From the NCBI GenBank assembly GCA_963674825.1, contig OY771587.1:3776001-3840000 (forward strand): DNA of 64,000 nt, in the 5' to 3' direction. Shown here one piece after another: positions 29,901-36,921 of the stretch (the first letter of the stretch is position 1; every line of letters starts with the position of its first letter). Under the pieces are notes generated by a model. That model saw nothing but the letters and a program-made list of their open reading frames with translations, searched no databases and had not been told where the DNA came from. Source of the stretch: Candidatus Cloacimonadales bacterium. GTDB lineage: Bacteria > Cloacimonadota > Cloacimonadia > Cloacimonadales > JAIOQZ01. Made by a program: the position numbers and the translations under genes.

Positions 29901-32900
29901 CGCAAGGAACGATCACAATAGGCGGCTATGCTCCATCCACTACATCAGTGATGATCGGATCGCCCAATACGCTTTCCGATCCATACTTCGAGACCTATCA
30001 AGTCTTCTACTCACATTTTGATAATGTAGACGAGACCTGCAACCTATGGGATTCCTCGAATGATGCCAACTTGGCAAACGCCGCCCAACAACCTGTCACG
30101 ACCGTTACCGGTCTCACACCGAACAGGAATTACTATTTTGCATTGCGCGGAATCGATGAAGCAGGTAATGCGAACGCCTTCAGCAATGTACTTTATATTC
30201 CAACCGGAGGAGAATCGAGTCCGCCAGATGCCCCAGAAAACGTAATGGCAACCGATAATACGAACTACATCGAGCTCTCTTGGGATATGTCTCCACAGGC
30301 TGATGTTACTCAATATAATATATATCGAGGTACGGTATCCGGCTCTTTGAGCCTACTGACAACCGTAGATGTTTCTGGACGTGCAATAACGCCGCAACAT
30401 CAGTATCAGGATACCCAGATTATCTTCGGTACGACCTACTATTACCAGGTATCGGCTGTTACATCTGAAAGTCAGGAAGGCGCATTATCTTCCGAAATCG
30501 AGGTTGAACACAGCCATCCAGGAGAACTGTATGCCAATTTCTCCGCTAATGTTACAGAAATCACGTTGGGAGACACCATCCACTTCACCGATCAATCAGG
30601 TGGTGGTGTAGGAACAATCATCTCCTGGGAATGGGATTTTGATAACAATGGTACGATCGATGATACGAATCAGCATCCTCATTTCGTCTATCCAGAGACT
30701 GGTCTCTATTCAGTGAGACTCACCGTTACAGATGATGCAGAGAGATCCGACACAATTCTTTCAAGAGTAACGACGACTCCGCAGGCTACCAGTGAAAATC
30801 GACTTCGCTTCCCATCTTCCCAGCGAAGCTCGGTTACAGAGGTAAAGGAAGACTATATCACCGTAAATCCCGAGATCCCCGTGCTTGCGATTGATCCCGA
30901 CAGCCTCGATTTCGGCGATGAGACGACAGAACTCACTTACACGATCTCGAATTCTGGCACCGGGCAACTATACTGGGCGGCCGACGAGAGCGAAGACTGG
31001 ATGTCGATCGCGGAAACCAGCGTTCGGTTTGTGGCAGCGTCCCGTGTGATGCGAAACAGCATCGGAGGCAGCGTGGCGAGTGGCGATTCGTCACAGGTCC
31101 TTGTTTCTATCGACCGCACAGATCTGATCGAAGGCGATTACGATGGCACGATTTCCGTCACTTCCAACGGCGGAACACAGGATATCAACGTACACATGGA
31201 AGTGGTTGGCAATGCCCCAGATGCACCGACGAACCTGCTTGCCTACCCTGCTGATAGCGAAGTCAGCCTGACATGGGACAGCAATACGGAAGCTGATCTG
31301 GACGCATACCGGCTCTACCGGGATACAACTCCGAATCCTACCACGCTTGTTGCCGTAATCGATGCCAATCTGCGCAGCGTGACATATCTGGATACGCTCC
31401 TGACCAATGGTGTTACGTATCACTATCACGTGACGGCAGTGGATGTTTTGGGCAACGAAAGCGATCCATCCAACGAGGTAACGGCGACCCCTGTCGAGAT
31501 ACCGACTTACTGGTTTGTCTCGACCACGGGTACCGACGGGCCTGATTACGGAAGCCAGACAGAGCCTTTCGCGACCATCCAGTACGCGATCGATACAGCG
31601 GTATCGGGCGATACGATCCAGGTCGCGGACGGCGTTTATCATGAGAATATAAATTTCGACGGCAAAGACCTGCTGCTGACCTCGGAATACTTCGTCGATG
31701 AAGATACCAGCCATATCTTCAACACGATAATCGATGGCGGAGGAAACAACCGTGTCGTGACTTTCGTGAATGGCGAAAGCTCGCAAGCGATTTTGAATGG
31801 TTTAACCCTCCGTAATGGAAATGCATCTTACGGTGGCGGTATTTACTGCCAGAATGCCAGTCCGATGTTGAGCCACCTGCGGGTGGTCGGCAACTATGCC
31901 AACTACGGCGGCGGAATTGCCCTGATCGAATCCGATTGCCAGATGATCCGGCTGGAGGTGACCGGTAACCAGGCTCTACATAAGGGTGGCGGTTTATACC
32001 TCGATGGATCGAATCCAACTATAGTCAACTGCACCATCGCCAGCAATATGTGCGTCAGCGGCGGCGGTATTTACGCGAAGGAATGCTCGAATATCACCAT
32101 CATCAACAGCATCATCTTCGGGAACGACCAGATGCAAATCTCGTTCGGCTCCAGCGGAAATATCAGCCATATCTCGATCGCATACAGCCTGCTCGACGAG
32201 AACGATATCAATACCGGCTCGAACTACGGTTACATAACCTCGGATAATATGCTTGAGACCTACCCGCTCTTCCGGGCGGCGAAATACCCGAAGTTTGGCG
32301 GTACACCTTTCACAGACGGAAGCTACCAGCTCCACAGCATCTCGGACTGCCGTAACGCCGGTGCGCCAAATTCACAGTACAACGATCCCGACCTCTCCCG
32401 TAACGATATGGGCGTGTATTTCTATGATGAAAGAACACCTGATAACGAATTCCAGTCCACGCTGTTCGTGGCCGAGGATGGCAGCGATATCAGCGGAGAC
32501 GGATCGATCGAGGATCCCTACGCAACGGTCCAGTACGCTGTCGATCAGCTCCAGACTACCGCGACTGACACCATCATCGTCCTGCCGGGAACATACGTTG
32601 AAAACATCCAGATCCTGAACTCTGTGGTACTTGGCAGTCTCTACATGATCGATCCGTGGGAAGGTTTTATCGATTCGACGATCATCGACGGCGGCTCTCC
32701 CTCGAACATGCAGCAGGCGAGTGCGTTCGGTATCTTGAATCCTGCCACCCGGACCTTCGATACGATCGACGTCTCGATCCTTGGACTCTCCATCATGAAT
32801 GGTTTGGGGTGGACCATAAACCAGATCATTGTGCTGCCCGATATCGGAGAGCAGATTGTTGAACGAATCGTGGGCGGCGGTATCTACGTGAAAGACTGCA

Positions 32901-34675
32901 CACCGCTCATCAACGCGAATAAATTCTTACACAACGGACTCTCCGGCACTCACGAAGGAGGAGCGGTCTATACGAATATCGATGACGACGCGGAAGATCG
33001 AAGAACACGGACGATCGATCTGGACTACCGGAACAACTGGTTTATCGAGAACTACGCGCAAGTAGGCAACAGCGTCTCGAACAGTGACTTCGACGGTTCG
33101 ATCGACCTCTCGGGGAGCGAATTCGATGTCGCGGCAACGCTCAACCGCGACGAGTGCGGCGTTTCGAGCTACTGGTGCGCGAAGGATTCGCTGATTTCAT
33201 ACTCGTTCGACAACTGCACCGGGCGCCAGGAGGCCTACGTGAACACGCTGTCGATCGACCCAGACACGCTCGGGATCGTTATCAGTAAGGTGTATGGAGA
33301 TCAGACCGGACCGGTGACGATCAATCTTTCGGCAGGTCAATACACGCCGGGACGCACATTGAGAAACGGATTCCCACTACAGATTCCCGATCACGTGTCA
33401 ATCGTCGGAAGCGGCACGGAAGATACTGAAATCAACCCCCTATCCACCGAAGCGGCGTTTATCCTCGACCACTCGGACAACGTCACAATCAGTTCGCTGT
33501 CCATTACCGGCGGTAGCTCTGAAATCGGTGGCGGACTATATGTCAACGATTCGGAGCTGATGTTGCAGGATGTGGATATCTCCGGCAACCAGGCAAATAT
33601 TGGCGGAGCGCTGTTCATGAAGGGTTCGGCAACTACACTGTCGGGCGTAACGCTGGATGGTAATCAAGCGCTCGAAGGTGCAGCCGGTGCGATCTATGTC
33701 GAAAATTCCATGCTCGATATCGCGGATGCAACCATTCGCAACAGTGTTACCAGCTACATCAGCCAAAACGAGGACGCTTTCGGATCGGGGATCTACGTTT
33801 ATAACTCCGATATCACGATCCAGAATCTGGTTTTGGAGAACAATATTCTTCCTGGCGAGAACTCAAAAGGCGCTGGGATCTACCTCTTCAATAGCGAAGG
33901 TGTCGAAACGGATGTTCTGATCGAAAATGTTGAAATTTGCAACAATTCCGCGAACTACGGCTGTGGAATCTACATGGTGAGGGTCAACCCCGTCATTCGT
34001 AATGTGCTGATTGCCGACAATAACGCATTTATGCAAGGGGGTGCGATCTATGCGAAAGACTGCTTCCCGCATATCGTCAATTGCACGATCGTCAACAACT
34101 CCTCCGGTGGAACCGGCGGACTTTATTTGACCGGTCAGGGAGACACCTTCCCCGGTATCGAGATCATAAACACGATTCTATGGGGTAATGAAGATGATCA
34201 GGTACGATTGTTCGGTGATCCGAAGCTGCTCACAATCTCGTATTGCGATGTTATGAACGGAGAAGACGGTATTAACAAGCGTCCGCAGGATACCCTGATC
34301 TACACGGACAACATCGAGCTCGATCCGCTCTTGAATATCGATTACACCCTGAGCGGCGGTTCGCCCTGCATCAGTGCGGGTAACCCAGACCCGCAATACA
34401 ACGATCCCGACGGGAGTCGTAACGATATCGGGGCTTTCTACTTCACCGGACTCGGTGTTCCGGCGAATCTTGTGATATCTGTTGCTGAATCGACCCTGAC
34501 GATTACCTGGCTACCGGTCGATAGTGCGAGTAGCTACAAAGTGTATTCATGCGGTACGCCGGACGGTAACTTCACAGTGGACACAAGCGGAACCATAAAT
34601 GGAACAAGCTGGACTGCCCCCATGCCCCGTGGTGACAGATATTACTACGTGAAAGCTGTTTTGGAAGGACGTTAA
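20981..34675 (+). CDS. Giant secreted modular protein B (~4564 aa): two GLUG-like blocks, beta-helix, SBBP-like beta-propeller, PKD/LamG repeats, then the same C-terminal architecture as protein A
   Basis: Start placed at ATG 20981 (MSKF...) after AGGAG. GTEQSPYLISSLDNLLWLS and GTENDPFLISSLGNLLWLS blocks with VGGFIG-type repeats; VDKDGNVYVVG...DIYVAKLD propeller repeats; three LamG units; C-terminal half collinear with protein A. Confidence 0.88.
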   Translation: MSKFIVFFLSLVSIYTLSADGVAPSGAGTEQSPYLISSLDNLLWLSTTTSVWNDGAYFEQTADIDASDTQTWNGGAGFSPIGTDETNKFVGNVDGGNFTISNLYIYLPSNEDVGLFGYADSSRFENITIEDSEVHGDDRSAILIGRVNKYSEIDNCHIINSSVDGEGGCGLLCGYAWHHCEIRSSSASGTVSVTQNAGGCIGYVNYECLVEDSYSSANVIATGGYAGGFIKSNNLSIVRECYSTGDVQGTSYIGGFASSGYESIINCFCSGSVTSTGEYSGGFAGAVFGSVYNCYTVSELSGNTYDGGFVGYYNGTLFSNCIWSNTLSDPGTAVGREISGSYNNLEESNHDEMRLESTFTSLGWDFLGETGNGTNEYWHTNPNVNDGFPFLYHGEVFADFSADITVTEAGIDIHFSDESVPQDSVSSWEWDFDGDGSVDSYIQNPIWSYSSTGVFSPALRINGDHENEFCYIEKTGYIVIIDPADGTGTENDPFLISSLGNLLWLSYTQSVWDDGAYFKQTSNIDATPTYNIDNHRGFVPIGNNSVQFNGTFNGNDYTIANLFVDKPAQIYIGLFGRTLNAYIENVNLTSASMTGDRWVGALAGLSQTTDIANCFSSGLIQGNDTFGGLMGKIDGSIVSSSSECDVEGGRVAGGLAGSITLATVSDCYAEGHVHATGDYSGGLIGSNNYSTVQRCYSLGHVTGSDKVGGFIGSDYCTLYSPSSITNCVWNTETSGMSTGIGVTDSEGTYSVNGKTSTQMREKSTYTSISWDFVGETANGSADIWDIGPGSNDGYPFFYDPIIIEEDTIWSGPVFTVDADVTIADGVTLTIDPGTVVKFQGHHTLNVQGCLLAVGTEAERISFTIADTTGFSDPETEAGGWGGIRFDNTPVTNDSSKIAYCDIEYGKATDGEHPAICGGAIYVNAFDKIVIDHCNIQNNIAGDDGGAVYCFDSRLSVSCSHFENNYASTDGGALRFLQSNAIINACCFTNNEAEDDGGAIDFYQCDSSRVENCDFTDNETYSTGGAINSYQSSPDVIGCLFASNSAQSEGGGAIMIMGLNSNAKLINCTIISNYGYLGGGILFDCNEGSEPELINNIIYDNTSFDGDQLFLYTQYSDPDIFFCNIEDGQEEFGLNGNVTYDGTYQNNIDVDPGFVGTGDHPYQLGDMSYCADAGHPDLSGLDIPDTDLAGNPRIHNNRIDIGAYEYQGDQFQPDFVWAKSGGFLGTYGVDVDKDGNVYVVGSYVGAIEYSPGLYTEEYGTSDIYVAKLDRDGNWQWVFTAGGVNADEGSDICIGSDGSIYVTGSCNGNVTFGSQTITSTGNNLFILKLESSGEVCWVEPIACGATHSFRNICVDIEDNLYIAGAFTSTIDLGSTYSANGSSCDLYIAKYTNERSWDWVITAGSNNQNDLLLDMEIDKSGFLYATGSYRGNFSLEGHYLSHVSETDVFAVKLSSGGVVEYVTTGTGASNDSGFCITVDDDNNAYIGGNFRSNLTFDGVTNLNSVEADDYDMFIAKLDANGNKVWANSVSSLGSSDGFRDLLLLDNQLKVLGNVEGTALFGETSITSNGESDCFIASMDLQGIFQNVRTFGGTGNDLSYGISSNPVGDLALTGIFSDSIWIGNTQLVAEENYDGFVTQFGYNDPIPAFEASYAADNLTPVAGDVIQFTDTSTGNHTEWYWDFGDGNTSTEQHPTHAFATPGTYEVKMTITKWPFRDRYTTTFTEGDNPESGMIAYYPFTAGSVADSSGCGNDGVNQGAVPAPDRFGIENNCYSFNGDDDYITTSFTPLIYADSAFTMSVWVKVDPYTNSEYYDTILGFESSGSNSFNLRYDAYSWDLFDVYYRDDNHANDVVSIMEHADGVWHHFVVEKTVDGYLNTWEGGVLRYSTELSATGDLNIVTSKSVYLGCSNHNNVASYDFDGYIDDFRFYNRALSASEIQALYHEGGWDDLDQGLVAYYPFNGNASDESWNGNDGDVHTGTSNQPELFFDRFGNPASAYGFDGVDDYIDMGFAPQSWHEITLCGWVNRAVYGNSPIIGEGGQDSGDNDLYLRIFDSNLQFRVRTPGDSKVLQDPNPFIDDQWEFVAATWKISDQLKLYTNGQSVGSMSAQSDTNDYDYSLYIGALHAGTEELASVFNGVIDDIRIYNRVLTEDEIQTLYNEGGWEQLNANFAARDTIVPLGEDVEFFNCSSGQPTGWLWDFGDGNTSTDQNPIHSYEEYGTYDVTLTITKDADQSLITKTGYIHVQDNVNYGMMAYYPFDGDATDASGNWNNGQISGSVVADSNRFEIENESLYLTGSSSRIALNPELVKFQYDEDFSLSVWLKDGGASASDWVITAATDGHGGELNGWALEVNEDHIRWWLSQSANDMLNNYIYEETGLWFHCVLVYDATTHQTGMYHNNVYYPGETLNNTPIYTGEDYCSIGSYFDDGTHQFFWTGNVDNLRIYDRVLSSTEIDSLYHQGGWPPAINAEISVTPDVRRVAVGENLQFNVVSDDSESIVSWEWDFETDGQIDATVQSPQHAFTQSDSYQVSLTVISQYGYHQTVFLDEPIVVVEDIYSQDFDLGGSIPGDWSTSTRADWVPIQEDGDDYAVGVQLGMFDAGTWVLTSPLIDCSAHEGLALIYDNTYTDAPELDSSLQGGFVEYCIDGGDWTEVRHYNAETTQGTEILDLTGTEGTSVQVRFTYTKPMFSNADVWKIDNFKINGTSFDTTPPDPPTNVVAEHVGGQEIVLSWTPVIESRFDKYEVEYGLLDQDFSNLWSTVNDPLLTDRTTNSTVITGLLDYSIYQFRMKAWDQAGNVSDTYSNTAVDTVNAEYVPPVISNPVPEQPSEWHNDYTVTIGCSITDSGVGVDPSTIQYRFDFNGNGTYDELPEEQWTDYQASRRQSVSPVISDAGSTKRKSDLHKNQTLSALSDETNSSTLRNTIFCETDVTSSNTVSEGVMISFEWRSKDEWGNGYANSGTTSLEGIIDDWQVKIDAAPPQGTITIGGYAPSTTSVMIGSPNTLSDPYFETYQVFYSHFDNVDETCNLWDSSNDANLANAAQQPVTTVTGLTPNRNYYFALRGIDEAGNANAFSNVLYIPTGGESSPPDAPENVMATDNTNYIELSWDMSPQADVTQYNIYRGTVSGSLSLLTTVDVSGRAITPQHQYQDTQIIFGTTYYYQVSAVTSESQEGALSSEIEVEHSHPGELYANFSANVTEITLGDTIHFTDQSGGGVGTIISWEWDFDNNGTIDDTNQHPHFVYPETGLYSVRLTVTDDAERSDTILSRVTTTPQATSENRLRFPSSQRSSVTEVKEDYITVNPEIPVLAIDPDSLDFGDETTELTYTISNSGTGQLYWAADESEDWMSIAETSVRFVAASRVMRNSIGGSVASGDSSQVLVSIDRTDLIEGDYDGTISVTSNGGTQDINVHMEVVGNAPDAPTNLLAYPADSEVSLTWDSNTEADLDAYRLYRDTTPNPTTLVAVIDANLRSVTYLDTLLTNGVTYHYHVTAVDVLGNESDPSNEVTATPVEIPTYWFVSTTGTDGPDYGSQTEPFATIQYAIDTAVSGDTIQVADGVYHENINFDGKDLLLTSEYFVDEDTSHIFNTIIDGGGNNRVVTFVNGESSQAILNGLTLRNGNASYGGGIYCQNASPMLSHLRVVGNYANYGGGIALIESDCQMIRLEVTGNQALHKGGGLYLDGSNPTIVNCTIASNMCVSGGGIYAKECSNITIINSIIFGNDQMQISFGSSGNISHISIAYSLLDENDINTGSNYGYITSDNMLETYPLFRAAKYPKFGGTPFTDGSYQLHSISDCRNAGAPNSQYNDPDLSRNDMGVYFYDERTPDNEFQSTLFVAEDGSDISGDGSIEDPYATVQYAVDQLQTTATDTIIVLPGTYVENIQILNSVVLGSLYMIDPWEGFIDSTIIDGGSPSNMQQASAFGILNPATRTFDTIDVSILGLSIMNGLGWTINQIIVLPDIGEQIVERIVGGGIYVKDCTPLINANKFLHNGLSGTHEGGAVYTNIDDDAEDRRTRTIDLDYRNNWFIENYAQVGNSVSNSDFDGSIDLSGSEFDVAATLNRDECGVSSYWCAKDSLISYSFDNCTGRQEAYVNTLSIDPDTLGIVISKVYGDQTGPVTINLSAGQYTPGRTLRNGFPLQIPDHVSIVGSGTEDTEINPLSTEAAFILDHSDNVTISSLSITGGSSEIGGGLYVNDSELMLQDVDISGNQANIGGALFMKGSATTLSGVTLDGNQALEGAAGAIYVENSMLDIADATIRNSVTSYISQNEDAFGSGIYVYNSDITIQNLVLENNILPGENSKGAGIYLFNSEGVETDVLIENVEICNNSANYGCGIYMVRVNPVIRNVLIADNNAFMQGGAIYAKDCFPHIVNCTIVNNSSGGTGGLYLTGQGDTFPGIEIINTILWGNEDDQVRLFGDPKLLTISYCDVMNGEDGINKRPQDTLIYTDNIELDPLLNIDYTLSGGSPCISAGNPDPQYNDPDGSRNDIGAFYFTGLGVPANLVISVAESTLTITWLPVDSASSYKVYSCGTPDGNFTVDTSGTINGTSWTAPMPRGDRYYYVKAVLEGR

Positions 34676-34678
34676 GGA

Positions 34679-34930
34679 ATGACGCATGAGGAATTCGTAT
34701 GCGTTGTTGATGTCCTTCTTGCCTTTTGCAGCGACCATGTCGTCGAAGCTTTCTCCTTCGGGAACCTGTATCGATGCGAACGGGTTGCTACCCTTGTATT
34801 TATCGGAAACGTTTTTGATGAAGAGTAGGACGAGAATGTTGTCCTTATATTGTGATGTGTCCATGCTGCCGCACAAGTCGTCGCAACTCTTCCACAAGGA
34901 TGAGCATAACTGTGTTTTCTTGATGGTCAT
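34679..34930 (-). pseudogene. hsdM: Type I R-M methyltransferase N-terminal fragment, internally deleted
   Basis: MTIKKTQLCSSLWKSCDDLCGSMDTSQYKDNILVLLFIKNVSDKY...SFDDMVAAKGKKDI joined directly to NAYEFLMRH. Confidence 0.8.
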
Positions 34931-35038
34931 CAAGGAGGCCACAGAGCTGCCCGAAGAGGGCGTCATCGGAGAGGTCGTCGCATACGGCGGGAAGCTGTAT
35001 GTCTGGAGTGGTGATAAGTAGAATCGAAGGAAATCAAC

Positions 35039-35069
35039 AGGCCTGCTCGTTTCGGGGCAGGCTTTTTTT
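35039..35069 (+). terminator. Intrinsic terminator inside the end segment
   Basis: AGGCCTGCTC-GTTTC-GGGGCAGGCT plus a T run. A degenerate homolog lies at ~5744-5773. Confidence 0.75.
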
Positions 35070-35089
35070 CTGCTCAAAAACACCGATAT

Positions 35090-35197
35090 AGTGCCATTGG
35101 TTTGGCAGAATTTGCCAAACTGGTGGCACGCTTGCCAAACCTGTGGCAGCGATTTGCCACGTTTTTGTCACTTTTTGCCAAAACGCGTGTCACTTCA
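35090..35197 (+). repeat. Candidate transposase-binding right end: four palindromic TGGCA-N4-6-TGCCA-type sites, terminal ...GTCACTTCA
   Basis: Sites at 35103-35117, 35124-35137, 35144-35159 and 35166-35180 (TGTCA variant), with ~21-bp period. Read inward, the end begins 5'-TGAAGTG, like the Mu right end 5'-TGAAGCG. Confidence 0.7.
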
Positions 35198-35309
35198 CAC
35201 ACACCCTCAAATTTTCACGTGCAAAAATATTTCCTTTTCGTTTGTTTTTTTCTTGCACAAATATTATCTTCATAGAAAGTTTGACAGCGTGAAATATCTG
35301 GAGGAGATA

Positions 35310-35561
35310 ATGGATCAGAAACAACAGAAGAAAGTGATCGTTTTTTCGACACCTACGTGCAGTTGGTGCCATAAATTGAAATCATACCTTCGCTCTAGCG
35401 GAGTACGTTTTAAAGATATCGATGTTTCAAGGGATGCCTCTGCCGCGCGCGACATGGTTCGTAAAACCGGTCAGCAGGGGGTTCCGCAAACCTGGATTGA
35501 CGGCAAACCGGTAGTCGGCTTCGACAAAGCTGCGATCGACCGGATGCTCGGCCTACACTAA
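35310..35561 (+). CDS. Glutaredoxin-like protein (NrdH/YruB type)
   Basis: VIVFSTPTCSWC, GQQGVP and VVGFD; start at ATG 35310 after GAGGAG. Confidence 0.9.
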   Translation: MDQKQQKKVIVFSTPTCSWCHKLKSYLRSSGVRFKDIDVSRDASAARDMVRKTGQQGVPQTWIDGKPVVGFDKAAIDRMLGLH

Positions 35562-35571
35562 GAGGAGAACG

Positions 35572-36033
35572 ATGAAGAAGAAAATCGCCAACTTTCTCAA
35601 AATCTCGCAGGAGCTTTATCTGCTGTTCAGCGAAAACGACTCGCTGCAGCGGCACTGTATCAAGATCGGACGCATGGAATGCAGCCTGATCCAGTTCTTG
35701 TACCGGGTCAAGAAACCTGTCTGTATGAACGATCTCGCAGAACAGCTCTGTGTATCGCACAGCCGTATTACTCGCATCGTTGACAATCTTGTGAAGAAGG
35801 GCCTCGTAAAGCGTTATCCTTCGATGGAAGACCGCCGGAAGTGGTTTACCGAAATCACGGATGCAGGCCGCAACACCGCGCAACATGCCGAAGAAGAGAA
35901 CAACAGCCTGCAAAAACAGATCATCGAAGCGATCCCGGAAGATGATTTCGACACCATCGTCGATAGCCTCGAGAAGTATATCAAGGCTTTCAGAACGACA
36001 ATCGCATTAAAAGAGGAGATGACCAATGGCTAA
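35572..36033 (+). CDS. MarR-family regulator (Cys-containing)
   Basis: MNDLAEQLCVSHSRITRIVDNLVKKGLVKR...EDRR...ITDAG. Confidence 0.9.
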   Translation: MKKKIANFLKISQELYLLFSENDSLQRHCIKIGRMECSLIQFLYRVKKPVCMNDLAEQLCVSHSRITRIVDNLVKKGLVKRYPSMEDRRKWFTEITDAGRNTAQHAEEENNSLQKQIIEAIPEDDFDTIVDSLEKYIKAFRTTIALKEEMTNG

Positions 36034-36454
36034 TAAAACCATCGTTGAATATACAGACGGTCTGGCATTCCAGGTCGATATGGACGGACATAAGTTCATG
36101 GTCGATGCCGACAAGCAATTTGGCGGACGCGATCTCGGCCCAAAACCGAAACCGCTCCTTCTCGCTGGACTGGGCGGATGCTCTGGTATGGATACTGTTT
36201 CCATCCTGAAGAAGATGAAACTCGAGAACTTCAAGTTTAAAATGGAAGTCTGGGCAGACAGCTCCGACGGGCATCCATCTGTTTATACAACCGTTTACGT
36301 AGACTACATCTTCGAAGGTGAAAACATCCCCGAAGATAAGGTTCAAAAGGCGGTGGGGCTCTCTCAGGAAAGATATTGTGGCGTATGGGCAATGCTTTCA
36401 AATACCGCAGAGATGAAATCGAGAATTTTTATCAATGGAAAGGAGATATCATGA
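36026..36454 (+). CDS. OsmC/YhfA-family protein
   Basis: GPKPKPLLLAGLGGCSGMD and LSQERYCGVWAML. Confidence 0.9.
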   Translation: MANKTIVEYTDGLAFQVDMDGHKFMVDADKQFGGRDLGPKPKPLLLAGLGGCSGMDTVSILKKMKLENFKFKMEVWADSSDGHPSVYTTVYVDYIFEGENIPEDKVQKAVGLSQERYCGVWAMLSNTAEMKSRIFINGKEIS

Positions 36455-36912
36455 AAATAATCCAACTCGTTTCACTTATCATCATGCTGCTGTCGTTTGC
36501 TATGATAGCCGCAGAAGAATATACTGACGAATCGGGTCTCGTTTGGGAAACCAATCTCGATGACGCGATCACCATGGCCAATGAGAATGGAAAACCCATT
36601 CTTGTGAACTTCACCGGCTCCGACTGGTGTATCTGGTGCCAACGCCTTCGAGACGAGGTGTTTTCAAAAGAAGCTTTTCATGCGTACGCAAAAGACAATC
36701 TGAACCTCGTGTTCCTCGATTTCCCACGCGGAATCAAGCAGAGCAATGAAGTGAAAGCGATGAATCGCGGTTGGCTCGATAAATATGGAGTCCGCGTGTT
36801 CCCGACGCTCCTGATTCTGAACAAAGATGGCGAAGTCATCGCACAGACAGGCTATCAGCAGGGTGGTCCCGAGGCTTACGTCAAGCACCTGAAAGAACTC
36901 ATCGAGAAATAG
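36451..36912 (+). CDS. Exported thioredoxin-family disulfide oxidoreductase
   Basis: Signal peptide from ATG 36451; KPILVNFTGSDWCIWC and FPT. Confidence 0.88.
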   Translation: MKIIQLVSLIIMLLSFAMIAAEEYTDESGLVWETNLDDAITMANENGKPILVNFTGSDWCIWCQRLRDEVFSKEAFHAYAKDNLNLVFLDFPRGIKQSNEVKAMNRGWLDKYGVRVFPTLLILNKDGEVIAQTGYQQGGPEAYVKHLKELIEK

Positions 36913-36921
36913 GAGCTATCC

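Larger units (their letters stand above)
1..35197 (+). mobile_element. Mu-like transposable element without virion genes; left end lies outside the window, candidate right ends at 5838 and 35197
   Basis: cI-ner-A-B module plus two homologous end-like sequences whose similarity stops exactly at a terminal CA. Housekeeping-type genes resume after 35197. The extent is inferred. Confidence 0.55.

Noticed and set aside
16960..32016. Diversity-generating retroelement template/variable repeat pair
   Set aside because: Mismatches in the part I compared are mainly synonymous and not adenine-specific, both copies are coding, and there is no intact RT.
34547..35083. 178-aa minus-strand ORF as a real gene
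   Set aside because: It is a chimera of end sequence, the hsdM fragment and antisense to the giant gene.
1..35197. Intact Mu-like prophage
   Set aside because: No terminase, portal, capsid, tail or lysis genes are recognisable in the window.
35091..35309. N-terminal extension of the glutaredoxin ORF
   Set aside because: It translates the end repeats; the RBS-supported start is ATG 35310.
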